Assembly: GCA_963662715.1 (NCBI GenBank)
Contig: OY759724.1
Coordinates: 1,882,662-1,946,661 of the forward strand
Source of the DNA: Candidatus Omnitrophota bacterium
GTDB lineage: Bacteria; Omnitrophota; Gorgyraeia; Zapsychrales; JANLHA01
DNA length: 64,000 nt
Reading direction: 5' to 3'
Shown: positions 48,294-58,044 of the stretch, piece by piece
Numbering within the stretch: the stretch's first letter is position 1
How the letters are laid out: each line of letters starts with the position of its first letter
The notes under the pieces: generated by a model
Databases searched by the model: none
What the model was told of the DNA's origin: nothing
The model's input: only the letters and a program-made list of their open reading frames with translations
Made by a program: the position numbers and the translations under genes

Positions 48294-50236
48294 GGCTGCA
48301 GGCTGGTGGCGTACAGAAAGAATCCGGTGGCTTTCCAGAAAACAATGACAAAGATGTTTATGAGCAGCCAGCCGTTGGGGGAGGTGGTGAGGGAGAAAAG
48401 CCCTGTTATAAGGGGGAAAAGTATTTTCAGCCGCAGATACCCCATGTGTTTTGTTTTAAACATCAGCCAGAAGGTTGTATACCACCGCCAGTTGATATTC
48501 ATCAGGCGTTCCTGCTCCAGCATATCGCGATAAAATTTGGACCCCGGCAGGGGGGTGAGTAAAGCCATGACGGAGAAGAAAGGAAAGATGGCGAGGCCGC
48601 ATTTCCAGTAATTCCACAAGTTTTCAAGCCGGTCCGAATCGAACCCCAGGATAAAATGCCCTTTAATAATGATTCCTGTTTTTTTGATCCTTTTGGTGTA
48701 TTCGAGATATTTATGGGCCATGGAGAACTTCCCACCGTGTTCTTGCTCTTTTGAGGCGTCCCAGATTTCATAGCCGATGGTCAGGCCGATGCATCCGCTT
48801 TCTTTGGCTAACCGGAGGATCCTTTCATTGGCGGCAATGTCGATACTGCTGCTGGCGTACCACTTTATTTTCAAAGGCTTTAAAGCCTCGAACAGTTCGG
48901 CCGTATACTGGGGGTCGGAATATATGTTGCTGTCGATGAAATTGAACACCTTGTACCGGGGACGGAGTTTTTGCAGAAGTTCAACAAATTCGGCGACGGG
49001 TTTATGCCGGACTTTTCCGTCGCAGAGCGTGTTAACGGCACAAAAGTCGCAATGGAATTTGCATCCATGGGTCGTTTCCAGGTAATCCTTGACTTCCGGA
49101 AGCGGCGCGGACAATAAGTACTGATGCACTTTTTTGTATTGGGCGTCTGTGGCTTCGGCCTGGTAGACGGGTTTGAGCGAGCCCGACTCATAATCCTTGA
49201 TGATGTCTTCCCAGACCCCCTCGGCGTCCCCCATGACAACACTGTCGCAGAATTCCAAAGCTTCCTGCGGGAGGCATGCGGCATGCGGCCCGCCCATAAT
49301 GACTCTGGAGCCGCGTTTTTTAAACTCTTTTGCGATTTTGTAAGCTTCAAAGCTGTTGCATGTGTGGCAGGTCAAAGCCACAAGAGTGTTCGGGCGGTAG
49401 TAGCGTTTGCGCCAAAAGAGCCGGGAAAAGGTCCTGATATGATAACCCGGGGGCGTGAGCCCCTTCAGGACCGCGAAGACAGAGGGGTGATACCGGAAAC
49501 ACAGGATCGACAGACTCACGAGAATCGACCCCCCGGCCATGGGGTTGATGAGGAATATTTCTTTCCGTGATTGGAAATGGTCCGGGATTTCGGGGCAGGC
49601 CTTGAGGACGATTTTAATTATTAAGATCAGCAGCAGCAAATGCAAGTATTTTGTCAGGAGGATTAAACTCAAGAAAGCGCTGAGGGATATGTCCAGAGTC
49701 ATCCTTGCCTCAAGGGAAGCAAGCGTCTGCGCAACGACCAGCCCCAGGAGAACACATCCTTCGCTGTAAGATAATTTGAGGAGTCCCGGTTTGACCCTGA
49801 ATTTTTTGGAATATTTCTTCCGGATGATAAGAGCCGCGAGCCCGAAGAACAGCGGGATATCCAGCCATAAGCCAAAAGATATCATGTCGAATTCCGGAAT
49901 AAACGCGTAAAAGCCAAAGATGACAGCTATTTTGATGATTTGCAGAAACAGACAGGGAATCCAGAAATCGTTCACATTACGCCAAAAGCGTTGCAGCGAG
50001 ACGCAGTATTCTTCATAAGAACATAACTCGACCAGCGTGCCGTAAATGCCGCTGTAAATGATGAGCTTGAGGAGATAGGTGAGCGCAAGCAGAATGATAC
50101 CGGAAGGCCCCAGGGAATCCGGCTGCAGGTAAAGGCTCCAGATATTTTCTTCACAAAAATAAATGAGAATGACGGCGGAAAAATAAGTGTTAAGGAGATG
50201 AAAAGCCGATTGAACTAGGGAACGTGTCTTACTCAT
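48290..50236 (-). CDS. membrane-anchored B12-binding radical SAM enzyme
   Basis: about 260-aa N-terminal multi-TM domain, cobalamin-binding region (LINPMAGG...IMGGPHA), CxxxCxxC (CKFHCDFC). Confidence 0.7.
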   Translation of the reverse strand: MSKTRSLVQSAFHLLNTYFSAVILIYFCEENIWSLYLQPDSLGPSGIILLALTYLLKLIIYSGIYGTLVELCSYEEYCVSLQRFWRNVNDFWIPCLFLQIIKIAVIFGFYAFIPEFDMISFGLWLDIPLFFGLAALIIRKKYSKKFRVKPGLLKLSYSEGCVLLGLVVAQTLASLEARMTLDISLSAFLSLILLTKYLHLLLLILIIKIVLKACPEIPDHFQSRKEIFLINPMAGGSILVSLSILCFRYHPSVFAVLKGLTPPGYHIRTFSRLFWRKRYYRPNTLVALTCHTCNSFEAYKIAKEFKKRGSRVIMGGPHAACLPQEALEFCDSVVMGDAEGVWEDIIKDYESGSLKPVYQAEATDAQYKKVHQYLLSAPLPEVKDYLETTHGCKFHCDFCAVNTLCDGKVRHKPVAEFVELLQKLRPRYKVFNFIDSNIYSDPQYTAELFEALKPLKIKWYASSSIDIAANERILRLAKESGCIGLTIGYEIWDASKEQEHGGKFSMAHKYLEYTKRIKKTGIIIKGHFILGFDSDRLENLWNYWKCGLAIFPFFSVMALLTPLPGSKFYRDMLEQERLMNINWRWYTTFWLMFKTKHMGYLRLKILFPLITGLFSLTTSPNGWLLINIFVIVFWKATGFFLYATSLQP

Positions 50237-50540
50237 GAATTCTCATCAAGTGATCTTTGGTCAATTCTGCGATCCTTCCCCTTGCTTGTCAGTGGTAGGA
50301 GAACCTTTATTATTATCTTCTATCGGCAAAGAATGTAAAGTGTTTTATGGCTGGAAAGCCCGCCTCAATTATGAGGGAGGAAATATGCGAAATTGTCCTG
50401 AATAGAATTGTATATAAAGGGGTATTTGGGTATAATCAAGAAAGGAAGCATTCTTCCTATGATCCATGAAACGGTTTAATATGATTTTACGCGATCCTGC
50501 CCGGACTTGGGGTGGGGGAAATTAAGAACAGGAAAAAACA

Positions 50541-51449
50541 GTGCCTGAAGACAACATGTTCCCCAAAGGAATGAAGCAATGGACTTTCTGGATTCTTGTG
50601 TCCTTGCTGGTCCTGTTGGTCATGTCCGGGTTTATATGGGTGTCGATGCATAACCCGGTCATATTAATCATTTCTCTGTTCGCGACGATTTATTTTGTGA
50701 CGAAAAATTATGAGCGCAGTCAGCTTGACGTAAGCTTGCGTAAGAAATTCGTCCTGGTCTTGATTTTTGTTTTATCACTGACCCTCTACGCCTTTAAAGT
50801 CACCATCGACCAGAATTCCGCCTGTTTTGAGCCGGTCCATGTTCTTACGGTCTATTGTGACGGGCATGCCTGTTCCGAAGGGCTGCAATCCATGACCAGG
50901 ATCAATCCCTTTGATAAGCTGTCCCCCTGCGGGCGGCTGGTCGTGAAGGATGCCCCGGCCTCCCTTGTCCATGCGTTCGGTGCTGTCCTGGACCGTTTCG
51001 GGGACTATAAACCGCAAGGCATTTATGAACTTCTCGTCAATGCTCCCTGTCTGCACGTTTCTGGTAAAAGGATGGATTTCGAGAATATTCTGCATTTCTT
51101 TGATTCCCTGGAGCCTGTTATGATCAAAGAGTCCAGGCCGTCGTTGAAGCCTTTTTCCGCGGTATATATTCACGATAAAACTTTGAATATCCCTTGTGAA
51201 ATGTATCCTTATAAAATGCCTCCTTCCGAGGCCCCTTACCTTTTTGACAATGTCATGAGTATGATACGTATCCAAAAAGCTCCGTGGCCCGAGAGGCACT
51301 CTAAGGCTGTGTTTGATGCCTATAGAAAAAAGATGCGGCACACGGCTTTTATGCTGTATTTTTCTCCCCTGAGGATCATTTATATTGTTTTTTCGGTTGT
51401 GCTGTTGTCGCTGGTCAGCCGGTTTATACTCAGTCATATGGGAGCGTGA
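50541..51449 (+). CDS. hypothetical membrane protein
   Basis: N- and C-terminal TM helices; start uncertain (GTG 50541, ATG 50556 or 50571). Confidence 0.45.
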   Translation: MPEDNMFPKGMKQWTFWILVSLLVLLVMSGFIWVSMHNPVILIISLFATIYFVTKNYERSQLDVSLRKKFVLVLIFVLSLTLYAFKVTIDQNSACFEPVHVLTVYCDGHACSEGLQSMTRINPFDKLSPCGRLVVKDAPASLVHAFGAVLDRFGDYKPQGIYELLVNAPCLHVSGKRMDFENILHFFDSLEPVMIKESRPSLKPFSAVYIHDKTLNIPCEMYPYKMPPSEAPYLFDNVMSMIRIQKAPWPERHSKAVFDAYRKKMRHTAFMLYFSPLRIIYIVFSVVLLSLVSRFILSHMGA

Positions 51450-51480
51450 TGCGTCGCCATTTTTCGTGCCGGGAAGTCCA

Positions 51481-52167
51481 ATGTATTCAAAAATTAATTA
51501 TAAAGATATCACAGTCCGTTTTTTATGGACCCTCAACGGGGGCGGCATCCTTTTCGCGCATGAATTCGTTCATGTCGTGTCCCGGAAGATCGGGAAAGTC
51601 GGGCATGTCTTTGAATATTGTGCGGGGCCCGGGTTCATCGGTTTTTCTTTGCTTGCGAATCATTTGTGCGACCGCTTGACGCTGGCGGACGTTAATCCCA
51701 AAGCCGTTGAGGCCGTTAAGGCCACCATCAGAGAAAATGACCTGCAGGATAAAGTCACTGTTTACCAGTCCGATGGCCTTGAGGCCATCCCGGAGCATGA
51801 ACAATGGGATTTGGTGGTCGGAAACCCTCCCTGGGTTCTTAATTCCAGTAATAAGCGGGAAATAAAGGTCTGTGATCCGGGCAGCCGGGTTCATGAGGGC
51901 TTTTACCGGGATATCGGTAAGTTTCTCAAGCCCAACGGTTCGATTTTATTTATTGAAAGTTTTTGGTATACAAACGTCAATTCTTTTAAAGGCATGATTG
52001 AAGAGAACGGGTTGGAGATCAGCGAGTCCTTCCGGTCGGTTTCGTTCTCGGAGATCTTTAAAAAGACGGATGAATACGAAGGGGTTAACCGGTCTTTGAT
52101 CCTTTTTTTGCGTTTAGCCCTGTTTCTCCGGGACGCTTATTTTATCCGGTCAAGAAAGCGGGCATGA
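51481..52167 (+). CDS. class I SAM-dependent methyltransferase (NPPW motif)
   Basis: VVGNPPW motif IV, GxG-type SAM pocket (CAGPGFIGF); start taken at ATG 51481 so as not to overlap the upstream ORF. Confidence 0.6.
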   Translation: MYSKINYKDITVRFLWTLNGGGILFAHEFVHVVSRKIGKVGHVFEYCAGPGFIGFSLLANHLCDRLTLADVNPKAVEAVKATIRENDLQDKVTVYQSDGLEAIPEHEQWDLVVGNPPWVLNSSNKREIKVCDPGSRVHEGFYRDIGKFLKPNGSILFIESFWYTNVNSFKGMIEENGLEISESFRSVSFSEIFKKTDEYEGVNRSLILFLRLALFLRDAYFIRSRKRA

Positions 52168-52226
52168 TCGTGAAAAACAGATAAGTTGAGTGCCCGTAAT
52201 TTTTGTTTTAGAGTGGAGCAAAACCC

Positions 52227-52592
52227 ATGAAATACGAAATATCCGTGTCGGAAGACAGGACATACATAAAAGTCACGGTTTATGGCGATATCACAGCAGA
52301 ACTGCAGAAGGAATTTGCCGGGAACGCTATAAGAAAATCCCAGGAGCATAATATTATAAATTTTCTGGTTGATGTCAGCCAGGTGATTAATACCGCGAGT
52401 GTCCTTGATAATTACAGGTTTGCCCATGGAGATATGATGCGTTTCGGTCAGCCGAGGGCTGCGAAGATCGCGGTGCTTGTTGCCCCGCATGATTCGTCGC
52501 ATAATTTTGTGGAAACGGTTTTTAAGAATGCCGGGTATAATTTTCGTTTGTTTAAAGAAAAAGGCGAAGCTTTGGCTTGGTTTAGAGAATGA
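52227..52592 (+). CDS. hypothetical protein
   Basis: ORF with RBS; no confident domain. Confidence 0.4.
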   Translation: MKYEISVSEDRTYIKVTVYGDITAELQKEFAGNAIRKSQEHNIINFLVDVSQVINTASVLDNYRFAHGDMMRFGQPRAAKIAVLVAPHDSSHNFVETVFKNAGYNFRLFKEKGEALAWFRE

Positions 52593-52656
52593 AACAGCCG
52601 GCCGCAGGATTCCATGGCCTTGGCTGCGGGAAGGGGCTTGGGAAAGGAAGGGAATC

Positions 52657-52962
52657 ATGATCGTTGAACTTGAAATTTATGAGGATGATGAGGGTTTGAC
52701 GTCCTACTCGGGAAGCGTGGATGACGCTGTCTTGACGAAACTGCTGGAGGGGACATATGACAAACCTTTCCTGAAATTAGAGGATGTCTTTTGGCATTAT
52801 ACGAAAAAGCCCAGGCATGACTGGGAAGTCGAGGAGAAGGTGCTGTTGCAATACGGGCAGGGAGAGTACGCGAATTATCAGCAGTGTTTGTACGTGAGGG
52901 TGGAAAGAATTATTTATATTCATCCTTTAAAAGCGGTGGCCAAGAGGAACGGACAACTTTAA
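52657..52962 (+). CDS. hypothetical protein
   Basis: ATG 52657 after ggaaaggaaggg; 101 aa. Confidence 0.4.
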   Translation: MIVELEIYEDDEGLTSYSGSVDDAVLTKLLEGTYDKPFLKLEDVFWHYTKKPRHDWEVEEKVLLQYGQGEYANYQQCLYVRVERIIYIHPLKAVAKRNGQL

Positions 52963-53208
52963 AGCAGGCCGGTCTTTTTCCCGTGAAGCGTTTTAGGCGT
53001 CATGCCCCCCGCCGTCCTTCGCCATGAGGCCATCAGGCTCATCGAAAGAAAGCCTGCATATCTCAGACGGATTTGGTTTATCATTAAGTGAAAAACAATA
53101 GAAACTTTTTAATTTTATGATTAAATATTATATATAAACGGCAGGCTTTTAAGAGAAAGCGCTGTGTTTTCAGAAAGGGCCCCGCTATGAAGACAATGAG
53201 GAGACAAG

Positions 53209-53781
53209 ATGACATATTTTCATGAGAAGGAATACCTTATCCGCCGAAAGGTCCTGAAGTTGTTCGGGGGGGCGTTTCACGTTTTTAACGTTCAGGGAGA
53301 CACGGTGGCCTACTCCGAGATGAAAGCTTTTAAGCTGAAAGAGGATCTGCGGCTGTATACGGACGAAGGGATGAGTCAGGAGATCTTCCATATCCAGGCC
53401 AGACAAATTATTGATTTTGCGGCGACATATGATGTCTATGATTCGAACAGCCAGACGAAAATCGGGGCGTTGCGGCGGAAAGGACTGAAATCGATCTTTA
53501 AGGATAAATGGGTTATTCTTGATGCGGGGGATCAGGAGCTGGGTTTTATTGAAGAGGACAGTATGTTCAAGGCGTTTGTGAGAAGGTTTTTGGTCAACCT
53601 GATCCCTCAGGAATACCGGTGTGTTGTGCATGGCACGGAGGTCCTGAAATATCAACAGAATTTCAACCCGTTTGTTATGAAGATACGTGTTATCTTCGGA
53701 GACACGAACACCCCTTTTAGCCGGGAGCTTGCTATGGCAGGGGGGATCCTTCTCTGCGCCATAGAAGGAAAACAAAGCTGA
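53209..53781 (+). CDS. hypothetical protein (possibly LURP-one-related/DUF567 tubby-like fold)
   Basis: weak resemblance only. Confidence 0.3.
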   Translation: MTYFHEKEYLIRRKVLKLFGGAFHVFNVQGDTVAYSEMKAFKLKEDLRLYTDEGMSQEIFHIQARQIIDFAATYDVYDSNSQTKIGALRRKGLKSIFKDKWVILDAGDQELGFIEEDSMFKAFVRRFLVNLIPQEYRCVVHGTEVLKYQQNFNPFVMKIRVIFGDTNTPFSRELAMAGGILLCAIEGKQS

Positions 53782-53883
53782 TATTCCCGGCTGGTATCCT
53801 GCCGTTTACGGCTATGAAATAACGATGTGCCTTGGCTGTGTTGTGAGCTTTTAATAGGATTCTTTATCGAGAGGAGATACCGC

Positions 53884-54294
53884 ATGAGCGCGAATTTAAC
53901 AACAGTGAAAGATTATTTTCAGACCCGTTTTAAAGTATTCCAGATAACTTCTCTCGGTGATCAGGTGAGTGTCAATTATCTCAACAGCGAGGGGCTTCTT
54001 TTTGTTGTCACGGCCCGAGAACGTGAAAATGAGCTGTGTTTCGGCGTCAGGACGCCTTTGTTGTTGAGCAATCCCATTTCCTTGAAAAAATTTGAAAATC
54101 ACCGATCCGATCTGGCCGAAAGCCTTTCCAAAGGCCTGTCCCGGAGACTGGCCCTCACCGTCAATCAGGACGGGTATGTTTGTACCGAAATTAACCTCGG
54201 ATCCAGCCAAATCAGTTTCCCCAATGAAGAGGTTGATACATTTATTGAGTCGTCTTTAATACTTCCTTTTCTGTATAAAAAGTCATCCGGTTGA
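53884..54294 (+). CDS. hypothetical protein (YbjN-like?)
   Basis: ATG 53884 after gagaggag; weak family resemblance. Confidence 0.3.
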   Translation: MSANLTTVKDYFQTRFKVFQITSLGDQVSVNYLNSEGLLFVVTARERENELCFGVRTPLLLSNPISLKKFENHRSDLAESLSKGLSRRLALTVNQDGYVCTEINLGSSQISFPNEEVDTFIESSLILPFLYKKSSG

Positions 54295-54329
54295 TCATAA
54301 GATATTACCGTTGTTTTGACGGGACGCCT

Positions 54330-54899
54330 ATGTCATCTTACGGCATTATTCCTGATAAAGCTATAACCGCCCGGGGCCCTGCAGGCCGGGCGTTCCTGAC
54401 CAAAGGGATTTTGACTTTTCACGGGGCGTGTGAACATGTCTTGAATTTGCCTTACGGACGTACTTCTCAGCGGGCGGATTGGATGCTGGTCCTGGAGGAG
54501 GGGCGGGGGACCTGCAGTACGAAACACGCGCTTCTGGCCAGTCTCGCAGAGGAGCTTGGTATGGATGTCCGGTTGATGCTGGGGATATATTTTATGAATG
54601 AACGCAATACCCCTGGTGCAGGCCGAATATTGCAGAAGTCCGAATTTGATCATTTCCCGGAGGCGCATTGTTACCTGCTGTATGAAGGGCAGCGTGTTGA
54701 CGTGACGAGGAGGCCCGGGACGTCCGAACCTGTGCCTGCCTTTCTGCAGGAGCAGCAGATCAGCCCGGCGCAAATAGATGAGTATAAGGAGAATGTTCAT
54801 AAAGCTTTTATCCGTCAATGGGCCCCGGATGAAAACATCGATGAATTATGGGCTTTGCGCGAAGCCTGTATAAGGTCATTAAGCCGGCAGGATCTTTAG
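54330..54899 (+). CDS. hypothetical protein
   Basis: ORF; start at ATG 54330 (the track ORF begins on TTG). Confidence 0.35.
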   Translation: MSSYGIIPDKAITARGPAGRAFLTKGILTFHGACEHVLNLPYGRTSQRADWMLVLEEGRGTCSTKHALLASLAEELGMDVRLMLGIYFMNERNTPGAGRILQKSEFDHFPEAHCYLLYEGQRVDVTRRPGTSEPVPAFLQEQQISPAQIDEYKENVHKAFIRQWAPDENIDELWALREACIRSLSRQDL

Positions 54900-55022
54900 A
54901 AATATTGAAATTTCCCGGGACCTGCCGGGGCGAAATCCTGTGTCCCTGTTCTTGGGTGAGTTCCTTGGCCCGGATGTCTATAATCGTAAAACCTTCAGGA
55001 TGTTTTTCCCGGAAGAGGCGTT

Positions 55023-55733
55023 ATGAAATATAAAGTATTTTTTCTCTCCCTTTGTTTATTATCAGGCTGCGGCAGTGGCCCGGACAACAGTCTGCATCAT
55101 GCGGCGGCTCAGGGGGATTCGGCTCTTATAGCGCGCCTCCTGGCGCAAGGGGCTGACGTCAACGGTCAGGACGAACAGGGAAACACGCCGATCCATTATG
55201 CGGCAGACCAGAACCGCACGGAAGCGATATCGCTCCTTGTCGAGGCCGGAGCCGATCTCAATGCCAGGCAGAAAAGAGGCACGACGGCACTGCATCATGT
55301 TATTGCCGTTGATAACCCGGATATGGTTCGGTTCTTGCTTGAACAGGGGGCGGATCCGAACATCCGGGCCAACAATGGCCTGACAGCTCTTGATGAAGCA
55401 AAGATGATGAAACGAACGGCTATCGTAAAAGTTCTTAAAGACCACGGCGCCCGGGAGGCCGGATTTCAACTAGATGCCGTGAAGGACAAGCCTCAGGTCA
55501 AACAGAAGGGCAAGGCGCGATATAAGCTGACCGTTTACACTCCCGGCGGACAAGAGGTCCCGAGGTTTTCCAGGTATGGCACGCAGGTGATCCAGTCCCA
55601 GTTCGGGCAGGCCATACTGGTGACTTTGGACAAATCCCAGGTATCTTTGGCTTTACAAGATTTCCCCCCGGGAGCTTACGCTGATATCGTGGATCTCCGT
55701 ACGGGAGAGGTTGTCTTTCGTCAGAAATATTGA
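55023..55733 (+). CDS. ankyrin-repeat lipoprotein
   Basis: lipobox LLSGCGS; three ANK repeats (GNTPIHYAA, GTTALHHVIA, GLTALDEA). Confidence 0.65.
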   Translation: MKYKVFFLSLCLLSGCGSGPDNSLHHAAAQGDSALIARLLAQGADVNGQDEQGNTPIHYAADQNRTEAISLLVEAGADLNARQKRGTTALHHVIAVDNPDMVRFLLEQGADPNIRANNGLTALDEAKMMKRTAIVKVLKDHGAREAGFQLDAVKDKPQVKQKGKARYKLTVYTPGGQEVPRFSRYGTQVIQSQFGQAILVTLDKSQVSLALQDFPPGAYADIVDLRTGEVVFRQKY

Positions 55734-55973
55734 TATAGCAGTCCGCCGGGTCCTGTTTACTAATTTTATTTGGATTTTTTCCTGGTAGCGGTATAATTGC
55801 ATTGTATAGTCATTGTTTGGAAAGTTTTCCGCGGGAGCAGTGCTTAAAAGCAATATTCTGTATTAAAATTATTCGCGCTTGAGAAAGATTAAGACCGGGG
55901 TTACAAGGAAACAGGTTAGAAAGTTTTTTGCGGAATATTAATATTAATAAATATCGTAAAACGAGGAGACTAC

Positions 55974-56162
55974 ATGTTTGGACTAGGGTTCCAGGAAATA
56001 TTATTGATCTTGATCGTTGCTCTTCTTCTGTTCGGCGCCGCAAGGCTCCCGGAAATCGGACGCGCTCTGGGCAAAGCGTTGAGCGAGTTTAAAAAAGGCA
56101 TGCATGACATCGGGGAGGCGGATCCCAAGGAGAAAGACAAGCCAGAAGATAATGTTTCATGA
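55974..56162 (+). CDS. tatA: twin-arginine translocase subunit TatA/E
   Basis: [21 protein letters not shown] ... amphipathic helix. Confidence 0.85.
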   Translation: MFGLGFQEILLILIVALLLFGAARLPEIGRALGKALSEFKKGMHDIGEADPKEKDKPEDNVS

Positions 56163-56899
56163 ATGAGCTCTATCCCCCTGAATCGCAGAATCTTGATATC
56201 GTCGGGCACTTGGAGGAATTGCGACGCCGTATTTTGATTTGTCTCGGGTGCCTGGTCATCGTGAGTGTCGCCCTGTTCGCCAAAGGACGTCTTCTCGTCC
56301 AATGGGTCAAACAGCCGGTCATGCATCTGGTTGAAGATTTGATTTTCATTACTCCGACAGAGGTTTTTGTCTCTTATTTGAAAGTTGTTTTGTTGTTTGC
56401 CTTTGTTCTTTCTTTTCCGGTGATCCTTTATGAAACCTGGGTGTTCTTGGCCCCTGCCGCGTCAACAGGTTTCAGGAAACGGGCGATGGCCTGGCTGGCG
56501 CTTGTCATGATCTTTTTTTTGTCAGGGTTATGGTTCTCTTACCGGATTGCGTTGCCGGGAGCTTTGCGGTTCTTGTTTGCTTTCGGACAGGGCATCGCAC
56601 AGCCGCAGATCACCCTGGCGAAATATATTTCTTTTTTCGTCGCCTTTATGATTATCGGCGGGGTCGTCTTTGAAACGCCGATAATCATCGGTTTGCTGAC
56701 GGATATGGGATTTTTGGAATCCCGGATGCTGCAGGCCAAACGGAAATACGCTTTTTTGCTTATTATGATATTCTCTGCCGTGATTACGCCTACGCAGGAT
56801 ATTTTCAATATGCTGGTCTTCGCTGTCCCGATGCTTGTTCTGTTTGAAGTCGGTATCGTGCTGGCCCGTTTTATCGAGCGGTTAAAGCGGTCTGTTTGA
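56159..56899 (+). CDS. tatC: twin-arginine translocase subunit TatC
   Basis: 6-TM TatC pattern; overlaps the tatA stop. Confidence 0.85.
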   Translation: MNELYPPESQNLDIVGHLEELRRRILICLGCLVIVSVALFAKGRLLVQWVKQPVMHLVEDLIFITPTEVFVSYLKVVLLFAFVLSFPVILYETWVFLAPAASTGFRKRAMAWLALVMIFFLSGLWFSYRIALPGALRFLFAFGQGIAQPQITLAKYISFFVAFMIIGGVVFETPIIIGLLTDMGFLESRMLQAKRKYAFLLIMIFSAVITPTQDIFNMLVFAVPMLVLFEVGIVLARFIERLKRSV

Positions 56900-56993
56900 A
56901 TATTTTAAAATGAGGAGGAGCTTTAGCCCTGTCCCTGAACCAGGGGGGGATGAGGTATAGATATTGTTCCGACCATTACGAAAGAAGATCGCC

Positions 56994-57974
56994 ATGGAAA
57001 AAATTTTATATCATCTGGAAAGTTTTCTTAAGAAACAAATGACGCGCAAAGGGTTCCTGAAGGTCTGCTGCGCGGCTCTTTTATCCGTCATCGCCGGGAA
57101 TCACTTCCTGAAAACCGTTTTTGCCAAAAGCTCTGATTCCGCCGGCCGTAAGAAAAAGGGCATTAAAGGCCTGCACGACATCGTGGCCGTAAAAGGGGAT
57201 GACCCTTATGCCAATACCATGAAGGCCGTTGAGGAGATGGGCGGGATGGCCCGTTTCGTGCAAAAAGGGGACGTTGTTGTTATCAAACCGAATATGGCCT
57301 GGGACCGCTCTCCCGAACAGGCCGCGAATACCCATCCTTCGGTTGTCGCGGCTTTGGTGGAAATGTGTTTTAAGGCGGGCGCCAGAAGGGTGAATGTTTT
57401 TGATATCCCCTGTAATGATGACCGTCGCGTCTATGAAAACAGCGGGATTGCCGCCGCCGCAAAAGCCAAAGGGGCCCAGGTTTATTTCGCCGACCACTGG
57501 AATGTTGTGAAGGCCAAATTCGCTTACCCCAGTTCGATGGAGGGCTGGCCGGTTTTGCGGGATGCCGTTGTCTGCGACAAGTTTATTAACGTGCCGGTCC
57601 TGAAGCACCATGGCTATACAAAACTCACGTTATCCATGAAGAATCTTATGGGTGTCTGCAGCGGGAAAAGAGGGCTTATGCATTTGGACATCGGGAAGAA
57701 ACTGGTGGATATCACAGATTATATCAGCCCGGATCTGACCGTCATTGATGCGAGCCGGGTTCTTCTGCGCAACGGTCCCAGCGGGGGAAATGTCGCGGAT
57801 GTTCAGGCGTTTAACACGGTTATTGCCGCGACAGACCCGACTCTCGCCGATGTTTATGCCTGTTCTTTAATTAAACTGGCCCCGGAAACAGTGCCTTATA
57901 TTAAGGTGGCTATGGACCGGGGCTTCGGGCAAAGTGATCTTGAAAAAGCGGATATTATGCTTGCGAAAGCTTGA
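56994..57974 (+). CDS. DUF362 domain protein with Tat-like signal
   Basis: N-terminal TRKGFLKVCCAALL; DUF362 core VVIKPNMAWDR. Confidence 0.6.
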   Translation: MEKILYHLESFLKKQMTRKGFLKVCCAALLSVIAGNHFLKTVFAKSSDSAGRKKKGIKGLHDIVAVKGDDPYANTMKAVEEMGGMARFVQKGDVVVIKPNMAWDRSPEQAANTHPSVVAALVEMCFKAGARRVNVFDIPCNDDRRVYENSGIAAAAKAKGAQVYFADHWNVVKAKFAYPSSMEGWPVLRDAVVCDKFINVPVLKHHGYTKLTLSMKNLMGVCSGKRGLMHLDIGKKLVDITDYISPDLTVIDASRVLLRNGPSGGNVADVQAFNTVIAATDPTLADVYACSLIKLAPETVPYIKVAMDRGFGQSDLEKADIMLAKA

Positions 57975-58044
57975 TATGTATTAATAACGATAAGAGACTT
58001 GAGGCTTCGTTGTCTTCAGCCTGTCCGGATGATGCTCTGCCGGA

